Positions 1-12,454 of a stretch of DNA of 64,000 nucleotides are shown in pieces. How positions within the stretch are numbered: the stretch's first letter is position 1; every line of letters begins with the position of its first letter. Below the pieces are notes generated by a model. That model ran no database searches. It worked only from the letters and a program-made list of their open reading frames with translations, and was not told where the DNA came from. The position numbers and the translations under genes were made by a program. Source of the DNA: Narcine bancroftii (taxonomy: Eukaryota); the NCBI RefSeq assembly GCF_036971445.1, contig NC_091469.1, positions 377,022,001-377,086,000 of the forward strand, written 5' to 3'.

Positions 1-1201
1 CTTTGGACTTCGTCCCCCTAGGCACCGTACTTCACTATCTGTTCCATTTACCATTTCTATAAACTGGCGAACTCTGGCAATAAATACAAAAAAAATGCGC
101 AAAGCTCCATAAATGGCACATCAAGTTAAACACATATAATTCCACTCACATACATTTCATTAACATAATTGATTTACTGCCTTTTGCCTCAATATATTAG
201 TTTTAATTTGGACAAGAGCCTAAATCTTAGTATTAGTCACCATTACTCACTAAGCAAAGTACGACGTTAATAGCTCCAGTTACCTTTATATGAAGTTACA
301 ATTTATAGAGTACCAAAATGGTTAGAAAATTTAACAAAATCCAAAGTGATCTTGGTACCCTGGAGGCTTTTAGGAATAAAACAACACACAATTCCTTTGA
401 ACTAGCTTTAACATACTGAATAATGAAGCTAAATATTTTCCTTGGCCCAAATCCTAATTGTCAATGCAAAAGGAAGCCTGAAAACTTTATGTGAAACACT
501 CACATGTGGTACCACCAATAAACAAAATTTACAGAAGCTTACTTTAACATAAAAAGGAGGTTGGATTTTCTTTCAAGGAGACCTGGATAAAGCTGTTGTG
601 TTGTTTCAATTGCTTCTCCCATTCTTCCAGCCAGTACCAATTTTTGAATTCCTAAAAAAATTACAAGTTCACTGCGCCCATCTTTACTCAAGCAAATGGA
701 ATAACAGGTAAACACAAGGAATGTTGTTATTTTGGCATAAACTAGCTGTAGTTAAGTGTAACAGAACTTGAAATGGATACCAATTAAAAGTCAGACCTAC
801 AATGACCTTCACTATCCTTTTGCCTGCACATCAGATCAAATTTCTTTCTTTGCTTCAAATGTATGCTGTTACCACAAATAAGAGCAAATGTCCTCAAAAA
901 TAAAGTCATGCAACATTTGGGTGGATGCCACACCAAGGAATTTTATCTATTTAATTATAAATGAGCACAATGTGCACTTCTGGGGTGCAGGTATGACTCA
1001 CCAACAGATGCAAACTAAAACACAGCTTCACTTTCCATCTGAGTAGTCTATAAACTAAGAGCATAAACATAGAATTCTCCATTTTCTGGTAATCCACACC
1101 CCTTTGTTCTTTTCTGTCCCATACGGAAGAAGGTTCAAGAGAGAGCACTTTACATTTTTCACTGTCTTTTGCCTTTTAAACAGTGTATTCTTAATGCAGG
1201 T

Positions 1202-2019
1202 TGTGACATTCACCCATTTTTCAGTTCATTTTATTTGAGTGGGACTGTCCCTTGAAGAGAACACATTTAACAACCTGCCTGCAGGCTTTGAAGTGACTGT
1301 GAAACTAGCAGCAAGTTTTGAACATCACGTTCCTTTTAGTGGATACATTTGCAGAGTCAACACAGAAGCCCTGGAAAAGCCAGGTTGAAAGACCATGTGA
1401 CCAGCTTCTTAAAAAGACAGTGCATCATTTGTTCAGGAGGCCATTTTAAAAGGCAGTGCAAGAGTAAAAAGCTTTTTGACCTCTTGTTGAATTGAGAAAC
1501 CCACTTGGCTTCATTGTGTGGTTATAGACAAATTGTAAGAGTTCTTCCTGTTAGCATAGAGAGAGATGAGAGACCACTTCGACTGACGAAAATAGTTTGA
1601 AAGTTGAAGAAATATTGCACTCTACCGATTGACCCACAAAAAGGGTTCTCATTGCAGAAGGCAAGGGTGTTGAGTAATCAACATTCTGTCACCCCTGGAC
1701 TCTTTCACCCGACTTAAAGCCTGCGCGTCACATCAATTTCAAACCCATTTGTCCTCACTGAATTTCAGAAACTGAACTTTGAACTGCTTTCCAAGAATTG
1801 AGACTTGAGCTGGTATGGCTTGGGGTATTCCACGCACAATAACATATTTGCGTATAGTTGGCGTTTAAGTTAGATAATTATATATAAATTTAGTTAAGTT
1901 TAGATTAAGTTAGTTCCATTAGGTTAGGTGTTATATAATTGTTGATTAATAATTAAAACTATTTTAATTATAACAGAGTCTGGGCTAATTTTTAAATCAC
2001 TGCTGTCGTGGATGTAACA
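1202..2019 (+). mobile_element. Solo LTR (Gypsy-like)
   Basis: Ends TGTGACA...TGTAACA, 4-bp TSD AGGT (1198-1201 and 2020-2023), ATTAAA-type signal near 1952, no internal coding region. Confidence 0.75.
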
Positions 2020-2352
2020 AGGTGCATTAGGCATTTGGAAGAATGAGTCTCAGTCAACCGGAAAATTTGCATATCCGACACCCGCGATCCCTGTTGGTGT
2101 CGGATAATGTGGATTCTACTGTATATCTGTTTAACAGGTTAAAAATCCCTCTGAAAGCCCCAATTCTCACATGTACCTCAACAGGCCACAATGCTGGACA
2201 TCCGACAATTCTTTTTAAACACGTCTCATCATTTACCCACTTAAGTGAGTAAAGGCTGAATATATTCAGAAGGGAAGTTTTTTTTCTCCAACTCTGATAT
2301 TTGAAACAATATCCTCGGATGAGAATCAAAGCATGGGTCAAATAACACTCAC

Positions 2353-2465
2353 TTTGTCTATTTTTAATTGATGCGAGCTCCTCTTGGAAAGCTTGTCCTG
2401 TGGACCTGGCAAAGGCTTCAGCTGTGGCACAATAACCGTGGTGGACCAAATAAGATGAAACCATT
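2353..2465 (-). CDS. RANBP9: RANBP9 coding exon 7, LisH ([37 protein letters not shown])
   Basis: ctctag acceptor, A|GTGAGT donor, 113 bp; LisH motif. Downstream exons lie outside the window. Confidence 0.95.
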
Positions 2466-3721
2466 CTAGAGATGGAATTAAAGGAAAGGTTAAATAGCCC
2501 AAGATTTGCAGTTTTTTTAAATAGTTGCAGGCAATGCAACTGTGAAACATTCTGGTAACACGATTACACCAGCCTAGACATATGCAATAACAGGAAACCC
2601 TTACCAAACAACTCAATGGAAATAGACGCAAACAATTTTTTTTTTTTTTTTTTTGCATATTTCAACATGCAGGTGATAGGTTTGATAAAGACTTCTGTAA
2701 ATATGTTTGGAGAAACAGCATCCATGTGCCAGGTAATTAAATACATGAACACAAACTCAATCAATAGATCTAATTTTCAGAAGAAAATCTGAATTAAAAA
2801 GTTGATGTTATCAAACTTGGAAGGATTCACAATAAAATGATTCTGCTTGTTCTACTTCTGTTAATATGATTGTTACCAAAGAGGATTCCATCAATTAAAT
2901 CAGAAAACATTCATCACCTGGATAACAAATAATATTTTAATGAAAAGACTGATCCTAGATACATACACAAGAAAGGGGGCACGCAAGAAAGAACACAGGG
3001 CATCATATCCATGAATACACGCATGCATAAGTGTCAAACAAGTGGAGGCATGTGTGAGAATCGGAAAAAAGGTTCTCGCACATGGAAGAGGTGGATAAAA
3101 ATAACATGAAACAAAGGTAAGAAGTTTTATTGCTTTAAGCAATAAGGAATGCATATAAACTGAATTGGATAATTAATACATAACCCAAAGCACAAGATCA
3201 TCCTTTAATTAAACTTACACTCCAATCTCTGAGCTAATGCAACGGCACACCACTGAGCTATTCTTAGCTGCAACCAAAACAACTTTTTTTGTAGCTTTGT
3301 AAACCTTGGGGAAGGGGAAAAAAGAAAGAAAACAAGAGAAAAGAAAGATTCCTTTGGATAGGAGGAGGGTTATTACAATTTCAAATTGTGTGTTATAATG
3401 ATATGTGTGGGATTTTACTTGCTATGGTTCCTGACCAGGTCATTTCATGTTACCTACTGGGAGGTGTTAAAAGGATACCCAAATAGAGCAGAAAGGATTT
3501 AAAATGCAGCATAGAGCTGAACATATTCAGTCGCCATAATCAGATTTATTACAATTAGTAAAAATACTGAACTACATTTAACAGCAAGAAATACAAACTA
3601 TTTTTAATATATGTAAGACCACACCCCAATCTTTAAAATCTAGATAAAATAAAGTCACAGAAAACTTTGAACATTTAAAATTGAAAGCTGCTATCGTAGA
3701 TAAAGACAATATGTTACCTAC

Positions 3722-3906
3722 TTTTGAATCATTGTCTGCCATTCCCCTTCTCGATCTCCTACAGGGAATCTTTCAATCTGGGTCTGAATTTTAGATCTCC
3801 ATTCTCGCATGTAGTCTTCTATATCAAAAACAAATGGATGCTGTCCAAAGTTAGCATCTATCACCTCTCCAGGCGTCTGTAGTCCGACTGTGGGATATAA
3901 ATTTGG
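3722..3906 (-). CDS. RANBP9: RANBP9 coding exon 6 ([62 protein letters not shown])
   Basis: Polypyrimidine tract plus ttcag acceptor, AA|GTAGGT donor, 185 bp; end of [17 protein letters not shown] is RANBP9-type. Confidence 0.95.
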
Positions 3907-5347
3907 CTGAATAAGAGAAAAAAGAAGTCACTTTGCATGCTTTAAACTCAGTGGTCCTGTAATTCCCTTGTAGGCAATGATCATATATTAATTATGTCAG
4001 TTTTGCCACAGAAATTGCACTTAAAGCAGGAGTTGTAAGCTGCATTTACCCTGATGAATAAAGTTATAAATTTTTGTTCTCCCATTAATTTTCAAATATT
4101 CAGCAATAACCTCTCTGGACATCCAAAATGCTATCATTTACAAAATATAGCAATTTTAAATTTATGGAAAGTGACTGTGGAATAAAAGATCAAAAATTTC
4201 ACAATGCAACCAAAGATAGAAAGCACTCAGTGAGGGGTGAGCCAAAATAACACTGACATTGACTCCAGTTTGAGGGAGAATAATAAAAACACTATTTTTT
4301 TTAAAATCCAAGGGAAAATTATAACAAGTTAGTTCTAAATTCCCATTTCTCAACATAACAGTAATTTTTCAGAACTCCAAATTATTTTAAGACAAAACTC
4401 AACCTTGAAATAGAAACTTAATTCTTCAAAGATTTACTTTCTCAACCATCAGTTTCTGGAACAGTATTAGGTGCTCAATAATCACAGTGGAAAGAAACAA
4501 TTTCCTGCAAACTGGCTCAACAATAACTCACACTCATGAAACAACCATACATTCCAAGATGCACAGAGTCAGAGAGCTACACAGCAGAGAAACAGGAACT
4601 TCAACTCACCTCGTCTACGTCGACTAAGTTGCCATGTAAGCTTACCCTATATGCGTGTATCTGGCCTATACCCCTCTACACTTTTCCTGATAACGTACCT
4701 GTCCACAAACGTCTTAAGAGATTAAATAACTGCTAATGGTGAAATTTTACTCCCCTCATCTGCTTTCATATGACAAAATTCTTTTTGCATCTCTGATGTA
4801 TCCAACAATCATAACATTTGTAGTGAGAAGCTGGAGGATCTCAGCAGGTCAGGCACCATCCTTGAGTAAAAATAGTCAACAGCTTGTGTGGCGACTCTTG
4901 TTCACGAATAAAGGGAGGAGTGATACAAAGTATATCAAGGGGGAGGGACAAAAGGGGAAAAAAGATGTGAGGGACTAAGAGGTGAGAGGATATTGGACAG
5001 AAGGAGTGAGAAGTGGAGCGACAAGAGGAAAAGACTGGGTGTACTCCCATTCTTACTTGTCTGTCCATAGATTCTACCCAACTTGCTGAGTCCTTCCAGC
5101 TTCTCATTGTTTGCTCAGATGCCAACACCTGCATTTTTTCCCCCCAATCAGACAAATGGTTCAAGATTTTGCAGATCATGTAAAATGAGACTTTACGTTT
5201 TAAATTACTTTTTTAAATTAGAAATTAGGAGATACAGCAACACCTTCTGGTCCATAAGTCCAAGCTGACCAAATACACCAATTAACCTACAAATGCTGTA
5301 CATTTTTGGAGTGGGAGGAAAACTCCTGATAGATTTGAACTTGGGTT

Positions 5348-5559
5348 ATTTTTAATGATGTTTTATTTATTTCTTTACTGTAAACATATCAATAACAATA
5401 TATACAAATATTCATCATTAAAATATTCAGTGATATTTTCATTTCCCCCTTCCTCCCACCCTCACTACCTGCCATAATGTAAAGTAAGAAATAAAAATAA
5501 GAAAAATAAATAATAAAAGAACAATAAGAGAATAAAGAAATAGTGTCGTCCAAAATTCC
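5348..5559 (-). mobile_element. Short 5'-truncated L1-type 3' end inserted in a SINE
   Basis: T-rich tail at the left; about 19-bp TSD atagatttgaac(t/c)tgggtt at 5329-5347 and 5560-5578. Confidence 0.65.
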
Positions 5560-7054
5560 ATAGATTTGAACCTGGGTTTGTGACACTGTAACAGCATTTC
5601 ACTAACCATTACTTTCACTTCTTCTCAAAATCTAGGTGTCAGTATTAGGATGTGTACCTGTCAGTATGTTTTTATGTATATTAATATTTATAGATGTCAA
5701 AAGTAGTCACAAGAGAAAACAGAGAATGCAGGAATAATCCAAAATGTCAACTATTATTCCCAATGGCTGAAGCTCTGCATGGGAGCAATTTAAAAAAAAA
5801 GTTACACCTACCTGTCAAGATCCCAACTTTCTAATGAAACCTAATACAGAATCAAAAGACAGATGTTGGAAACATGAAATAACAGGAGTGCTGTAAATAT
5901 TCAGCAACCAGGTAGCATCTGTGGAGTGAGAAAGAGTCAAGTTTCAGGTCAATGACCCGATCAGAGATAAAGGTTAATAAGATGCATGGAAAAGAGATAA
6001 TAAAAGGAAGGCATATGGAAGGTAGAAAAGATTAAATGGTGAGAGCAGTGACAATTCAAAGCAAATGAGATTGACCATGGTTCTGAGTTTCTTTGAAAGG
6101 AGATTGACCAGAAACATTGGCCAATTTTTTCAGGTAAATGCCTTAACAGAACAGTTGGCATCTGTCTGTTTAAAAGAAAGTCTGGGACTTCTGTGTACAA
6201 TCAAACCACCCCAGCCTTGAAGATACAGATCAGAATCTTGCACCGTCACAGAACTACAAAGTTAAATCAATGGAATCAATCAAGTTCCAATTCTGCAGAG
6301 GATGAAACATTTTGTCAATTTATTTTTGTTTTAAACACCTCGAAATACAGTTAGACCTCATTGTAGTTTTGAAAGCTGATAACCTTATTGCAGCTATTAA
6401 GTTCACAGGTTTTGGGGTGGGAGAGAGGGGAAAGAGAACTTCAATGGATTGTAGACCTGGAGTCTGGTCAAGTCATGCCAACAAATCCCCCCCAGGATGG
6501 TTAGGACAGCAATTCAAGTTCTCTTGAAAATTCTTAAGGAATTTCAAGTTTTCAGGGAAATATGGACACAAGGTGAATTCAGCTGGGAATTTGGGTCTCA
6601 ATCTCTTTAATTGTCCAGTATTTCCAGATTTTTCTGTTAGGCTCCATTCCATGGCCACACAAACCAAACTGGAGATGTCAATCTAATTTCAGTGTCAATC
6701 ATACTAAGAAAGTGCCAGATCAGCCCAATGTACACAATTTACACACAACTATTCTCCACTCACCGCATTTTTCGGGGGTTACTAAGTAATGCTTCTCCGC
6801 ACTATAGATTTTGAGTCAGATTGTTTGCCTAATTTTTGCAACTCTGTGGCTAACATGACAATAAACAGCCAGTTTCAGACATTACACTCAGAAAACTCTG
6901 CAAGCATATCCATTTTATAACTTGGAATCAGCATATCACATTTTGAATCCATGATGTCAGCCATAAGCTGACTGCATTTTCAAATGGATAAAATAGAAGA
7001 AATTTCAACATTTTGAGACTAGGGCTTCTTGCCCAGTTGTCGAGTTGTGTGATT

Positions 7055-7680
7055 GCTATAACTTTTAACAGGCCCTTTCAGCCCACGAGCCCCTGCCACC
7101 CAATTACACCCAAATGACCTAGAACCACCAGTACATTTTGGAAGGTGGAAGAAAACCAGAGTCCCCAGGGAAAAACCATGCAGACACAGGGAGAACGTAC
7201 AAACTCCTTACAGACAGCATGAGATTTGAAACCCGGTCCTGATCACTGCACTGTAACAGCATTGTGCTAACCTCTACACCAGTGGTTCCCAATCTTTTTC
7301 TTCCAACTCACATACCACTTTAAATATTCCCTATGCCATAGGTGCTTTGTGATTAGTAAGGGATTGCTTAAAGTGGTGTGTGGTTGGAAAGAAATAAATT
7401 TGAAAAGCACTGTTTTAATCGTGTCTAATTGACTTGTTATGTGCACGGTTTCATAACTCCAAAGGAAATGGGCCAATGACAATTTTTCTCAAGCAAAATA
7501 TTTTGGTAACAATTGGGTCTAGAGCAGTGGTTCTCAACCTTCCCTTCCCACTCACATACCACCTTAAGCAATCCCTTACTAATCACAGAGCACCAATGAC
7601 ATAGAGAATACTTAAAGTGGTATGTAAGTTGGAAGAAAAAGGTTGGGAACCACTGCTCTACACTAATGGTGCTGCCCACA
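7055..7680 (-). mobile_element. tRNA-derived SINE interrupted by a hAT MITE
   Basis: Similar to other SINE copies in the window (acaaactccttacagacagc..., ctgtaacagcattgtgctaacc); resumes after 7663. Confidence 0.6.
7280..7655. mobile_element. hAT (Charlie-like) non-autonomous composite MITE
   Basis: TIRs CAGTGGTTCCCAA...TTGGGAACCACTG; perfect 8-bp TSD CTCTACAC (7272-7279 and 7656-7663); two about 130-bp sub-units in inverted orientation (7280-7412 and 7525-7655). Confidence 0.88.
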
Positions 7681-8009
7681 TGGTGTGTCAGGATTTTGGT
7701 TTACATCTGTGTGTTAAGATCTACAAAGATCTTTTTTGTAAACAGAAAGGTACTGTAAAATTTGTATGTTTTCTCTGTGCTTGTGTAGCTTTCTTCCATG
7801 TACTCTAGTTCCCTCCCACATCTCAGACATGCTGGTTGGTTAACTGGTTCCTGCAAACTACCCCTCAATTTAGGTTAATGGCTTTAAAAAAAGTGAATGG
7901 GAATTCATCAGAAATCACGAGAAACCATGTTGCAGGGATGCAGAGATAAAGTTTTCTCAACTGTCAAATGTGCATAAAGCTGTCTGGGTTTCTGATTTCT
8001 TGTTATTCA

Positions 8010-8860
8010 TGTTATTTTTCAGGATGTGGACATCACTAACTGTGGCAGAAGGAATATTTTGATGGCAGTCAAGTGCAATTTGTCCCAAATGGTTTAAAGT
8101 TTCCAGATCACTGATAGAGTTGCACTCATCAAGACAAGGGCAGAATATTCTGTTATGGACTTAATGTGCCCTTTGGGGAAGTAAAGAGTAGCCATCATAA
8201 ATCGTAGGGTGTTCCAGGATTCAGACCTAGTTTCCATGATAGGCAAATAATAACTTTCCAAGTCAGGATGCAACACAAGTAAGACAAGCTTGTGAGTGCC
8301 TCTAGTCCCATCATCACCCTTACTAATTATGGATGTCAAGAGTTTGAGAATTGTTATAAGAGGAGCCTAGGCAATTGACCATATTTTGTAGATGGCATAC
8401 TCTGCAGGCTTAGAGCAAATGGAGCTGAAGGAACACATGAATATTTTGGTGGATGAAGTGCCAATCAAGTGGGCTTTGTCCCAAACAGTGAAAGGCTTCC
8501 TGAGCATTGGAGTTTCATTCCTCTCGGCAGGCACAGCCAATACTATTATGAACCTAATTTGTGCTATGACGACAGTGGAAAGGCCATGGGTGGCAGGAAG
8601 AATGCCACTTTCCACAGGGTACCCAGTCTTGACCTGCTCTCGTCTTCAAGAATGTGGTTGGTCTGGTTGAACTTCCAGTCAAAGAAGATCTATATTCTCC
8701 TCTCCAGAATGTCGATGGCATCTCCACAATGAGACCACCAGTGAATTTCAAGATTGAGTGCTCAGAAACAGCAAGAGGAGGAACTGGCATAGTCTTAAAA
8801 TGTCCCAAACTAATCAGTAGTTGTCCAATTACAAATGGAGAAAGAATTTCATAAAGTCAA
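8010..8860 (-). mobile_element. Highly decayed LINE fragment (CR1/L2-like)
   Basis: General resemblance to decayed LINE RT-region sequence only; no clean motif, boundaries approximate. Confidence 0.35.
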
Positions 8861-9296
8861 CTATTGAAAGAATAAAATATCAAATGCAAATCCCAGAAGT
8901 ACACTTCAACTCTCAAATGCCATGCAACTAGGTCCTGATGCAATTTGTGTTCTGCTTTATTCCACATTGTCAGATCTTTTGATCAGAATATTCATTTGTT
9001 GATGAAACAATCCTGACTAGACAGGGGCCTTCTGATAAAACTTCAACCATGACAAATTAATTCTGATCAACTGCCAGGATCAAACAGGGCTCGTGATTTC
9101 ATGAGAGTTAAAACACTTGTTAAAGTTTTATGTGCCTTATTTAATATTCCCATCATGAATAGACAGACACAAAGGGCACAAAATATTTGTTGTCCACAAA
9201 ACGTATTCAAAACTGAAAAACAATTTAAGCTGTACTGGAAGTTCACAAAATAAAAATAAGAGTTTAGGAAAAATACAACAAATAGAATTGTCTTAC

Positions 9297-9319
9297 CGGT
9301 AGATCTGTGAAAGCAATAC
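9297..9319 (-). CDS. RANBP9: RANBP9 coding exon 5, 23-bp micro-exon (IAFTDLP)
   Basis: ttccacag acceptor, CCG|GTAAG donor; supplies exactly the missing IAFTDLP and keeps frame between exons 4 and 6. Confidence 0.92.
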
Positions 9320-11089
9320 CTGTGGAACAGAGAAAATAACAAATATAAGCAAAACTAGCCTTTTTTTTAAATATTACTGAAAATGAACACGTAACTGAAA
9401 ATGTCATTGCTTATAGACTAAAGCAGGAAACTCTAAAGATTCAAGAAAACTAGTAAACAGGCATCAATGATGTATGTTTCTTGCAATTATTACTCAATTC
9501 TCACATTATATCATTCACTGCAGCTCTTTTTATGGAGCAATGTCATGTTGCAACCAGCGGAACAAAAAAAAGATGGACTTTCTTTTTATGGAGAAGGCCT
9601 ACAAGGCTGCTCCAGCACTGGTTTTATAAAGAGCGACATCGGAAGTTGTCCTCCGAAGCTGAAGGAGGTGGGGCAAATGATGCAGCAGCGCCACCATGAA
9701 GTCAAACATACATGTAGAGCGGTTCCAGCTGCATTGGGGATTAAGGGTAACGAAGACAGCCATTGATCCCATATTAAAACAAAAAGGGGCTCATCCCGCT
9801 GGACTCCGCTGAACCCTTGTCAGTCTCCCTCTAGCTCAGCTTGGTGAAGAAGTGAGGGGCAGAGAGGGAAAGGGAAGAGGACAATTCCAGGTAGCAGGAG
9901 GGAGCCCTAACCCCAGCACCAATTACCATGGGAGCCCTGGTGGAGGCTCCTGGGTCACGCGTTGACAAAGTCATCGCGACGTCATCTGCCTGGCCCTAAG
10001 CAGTCACCTTCAGTAGCATTGCCTTTATGGAGTGAGGCGAAGCAACTCACTCCACCTCTGGGATTTCCCCCCTGGAAGGATCGGAGTCCACATCCAGCAA
10101 TGGCATTTTTATAAAGGTAGGTTCAGGGATGTGAAGATGGAGAATATCTGCCACTACATTCACTTTTTTTTTTAACCACTATAAAAAGGCCTATTGTTAC
10201 ATGAATCCAACCATGGAAGTTTTTATGGCTTACGATTAAAATGAGGTATCATTAGATTTATGCACACATTCTGCAAGGAATACTGAACATCAGTTAGGAA
10301 CAAAAACTCAGACTGAGAATGGTCAATTCCTTAAGAGAAAAAAAGTAATGAGAATTATTTTTCTCTTCATCTTTTGAATCCTCTAATGCTGTGCTCTAAA
10401 GACCCAATTCAAATATTCAAGACTTAAATAAGGCACTTTTATGTCCAAAGGAAAGTCAAGGAATGTGGATATCAGTGGTAGAGTTTTGTCAAGATCAGAT
10501 CATGTTCTTACTGAATGGCACAACAGATTTTGGTTAGGGTGGGGGGGAAACCATACATCCCACAACTTCTCATTGTGCTGCCACAAATAAATTTGGGTGA
10601 TGAGCAGATACTGTTCGAAATATATTTTCCTGTGAGCATATAAAGTAATAAGTAGTATACAATCTAGGCTTTCAGTTCTGATGAAAAAATCTATTCGAAA
10701 TTTTCACACATTCCATTCCACATTTGTAAGCAACTGCCTTAAAAACCAAATCAAATTAATCACTTGTCAAGTTTTTCCTCAATGCTTATGAACTTCCTGA
10801 TGGCAGCTGGACCAACAGTCTCCAGCTTTCCATTGTTTTCAGTGATCACACATTCTCCTTCAATCAGATCAGAAATTTTGCTTTGAAAAAAAGTCCAATA
10901 TTTTCCATCAAAAATATGGATAACTCAAGTGGGTCATGGCCTCCTCTTTTTAATTTATGAGAAGTAGAACTGAGACCCCGAAACAGACGTGACCTGCTTG
11001 TGAAGAAAGATTCAGGCTACGTGCACTTTAAACAAATTTCTCAAGAAGCTGATTTCTGTTTAAGACATAATAGTGGGAAGAGGGCTCAC

Positions 11090-11395
11090 AAAATTATCGT
11101 TCTTCATGCAGCATCTTCCAGCTACTCCCATCAGGAGAGAGATACAGGAACATCACAGAGTCAAAGCCACCAGGCTGCGAAACAGTTTCTTCCCATGGCC
11201 AGTGAGTCGGCTGAACAACTGATGCAAACCCTCCATGACTCTATTTATTTAACAATATTTATTTTTATATATGTACCTGTATACGTACTGCATATGTATC
11301 GTTTGTCAGTATGTGTTGTCTGTGGGTTTGCATGGTTTTGCACCACGGATCAGAGAATGCTGTTTCGTCATTTTGTACGTACAAAACTTGAACTA
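11090..11395 (+). mobile_element. Rex1/Babar-like LINE 3' end
   Basis: accaccaggctgcgaaacagtttcttccca (TTRLRNSFFP) C-terminal motif, followed by a 3' UTR ending in aaacttgaact. Confidence 0.55.
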
Positions 11396-11776
11396 TTAAC
11401 ATGTACCAGAACACATTCTTGAGAAATTAGTGAAAGAAATTCAACAATGAAGAGGATCAATGATACCGATTGCCCAAGGCCTGAACAGCCACAGAGTCAT
11501 CTGCTTTCACCACAGTTTGAAGTCTGACTCCACAAGATCCCAACAGCACAATCAATGTTTTCTCCAATCTGGTCTGATACAAGATGTACACAACAGAGAT
11601 CAATAGAGTGAACCAATTCCTGTGCCTATCATGTACAGATTTCTCCGATAAACCAAAACAATAAAATGCAGCGCTTTGTTAATGATAAAGAATCCATAAA
11701 GAATTAGGAGTAACAGAAGATAGTAGAGTCAAAGCTATTCAGCACAGAACCAGATCTTTTGACTCAATTTATCCTT

Positions 11777-12454
11777 TTTTTTTTTTTTTTAATTTTTTAA
11801 TTTTTCACACCATAAATCACATTAGCCATGATATACACTATTTCTTTTCACACATATACAGTGACTTTTTCTCCCCCCCCCCCCTTTCCTCCCAAACCAC
11901 CCCCCCACCCCCCCCTCTCATCCATTTTAGGTATACAATCTAGGTTGCATTAATCCAGTCAGACAATGTTGTCATTCAACAAAATTACACCAGAAATTCT
12001 ACTGAGTCCATTCTTTTCTTTCCTTCTCCTTCCATCAACTTAGGTAATGTTTGTCCCCGGTAGGTTTTCGCTATTGTATTTAATGTAAGGCTCCTATACT
12101 TGTTCGAATATTTCAATATTATTTCTTAACCAATATGTTATTTTTTTCTAATGGAATACATTTATTCATTTAAATTTGGTAGTTTCTTCCTTTTAATTTG
12201 GTTATGTATTCCATTAATATTTAAAGACATATAGTTCAGCGTAGCCCTTTTATATTTTGTTTATCTTCTCTTTCCGTTTTTCCATCATTACCTTTCCTCC
12301 TTTTCCATTTCTGTTTTCTTATTTTCAACTCTTTATAAGACAACATTCCTACAACATCTAACATTTTCCTTATTCTCCTATTTCTATCTTATTTAACCCC
12401 AATCTCCCCTTCACCTCCTGAGTTGTCCTTTATCCCTTGTCGGACAACCACATC
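11777..12454 (-). mobile_element. 5'-truncated, internally deleted L1 derivative with poly(A)
   Basis: Poly(T) on + from about 11775; 17-bp TSD TGACTCAATTTATCCTT (11760-11776 and 12455-12471). The minus strand reads an ORF2 start (LNYMSLNINGIHNQIKRKKL) joined to an ORF2 end (CIPLEK-ITYWLRNNIEIFEQV*EPY). Confidence 0.8.

Noticed and set aside
9297-9319. 23-bp micro-exon as a novelty
   Set aside because: It is the expected conserved IAFTDLP exon of the RANBP9/10 family, so it is annotated as a feature only.
9520-10192. Possible MITE with repeated tttatggag motifs
   Set aside because: Only one plausible terminus is visible; no convincing TIR pair or TSD.
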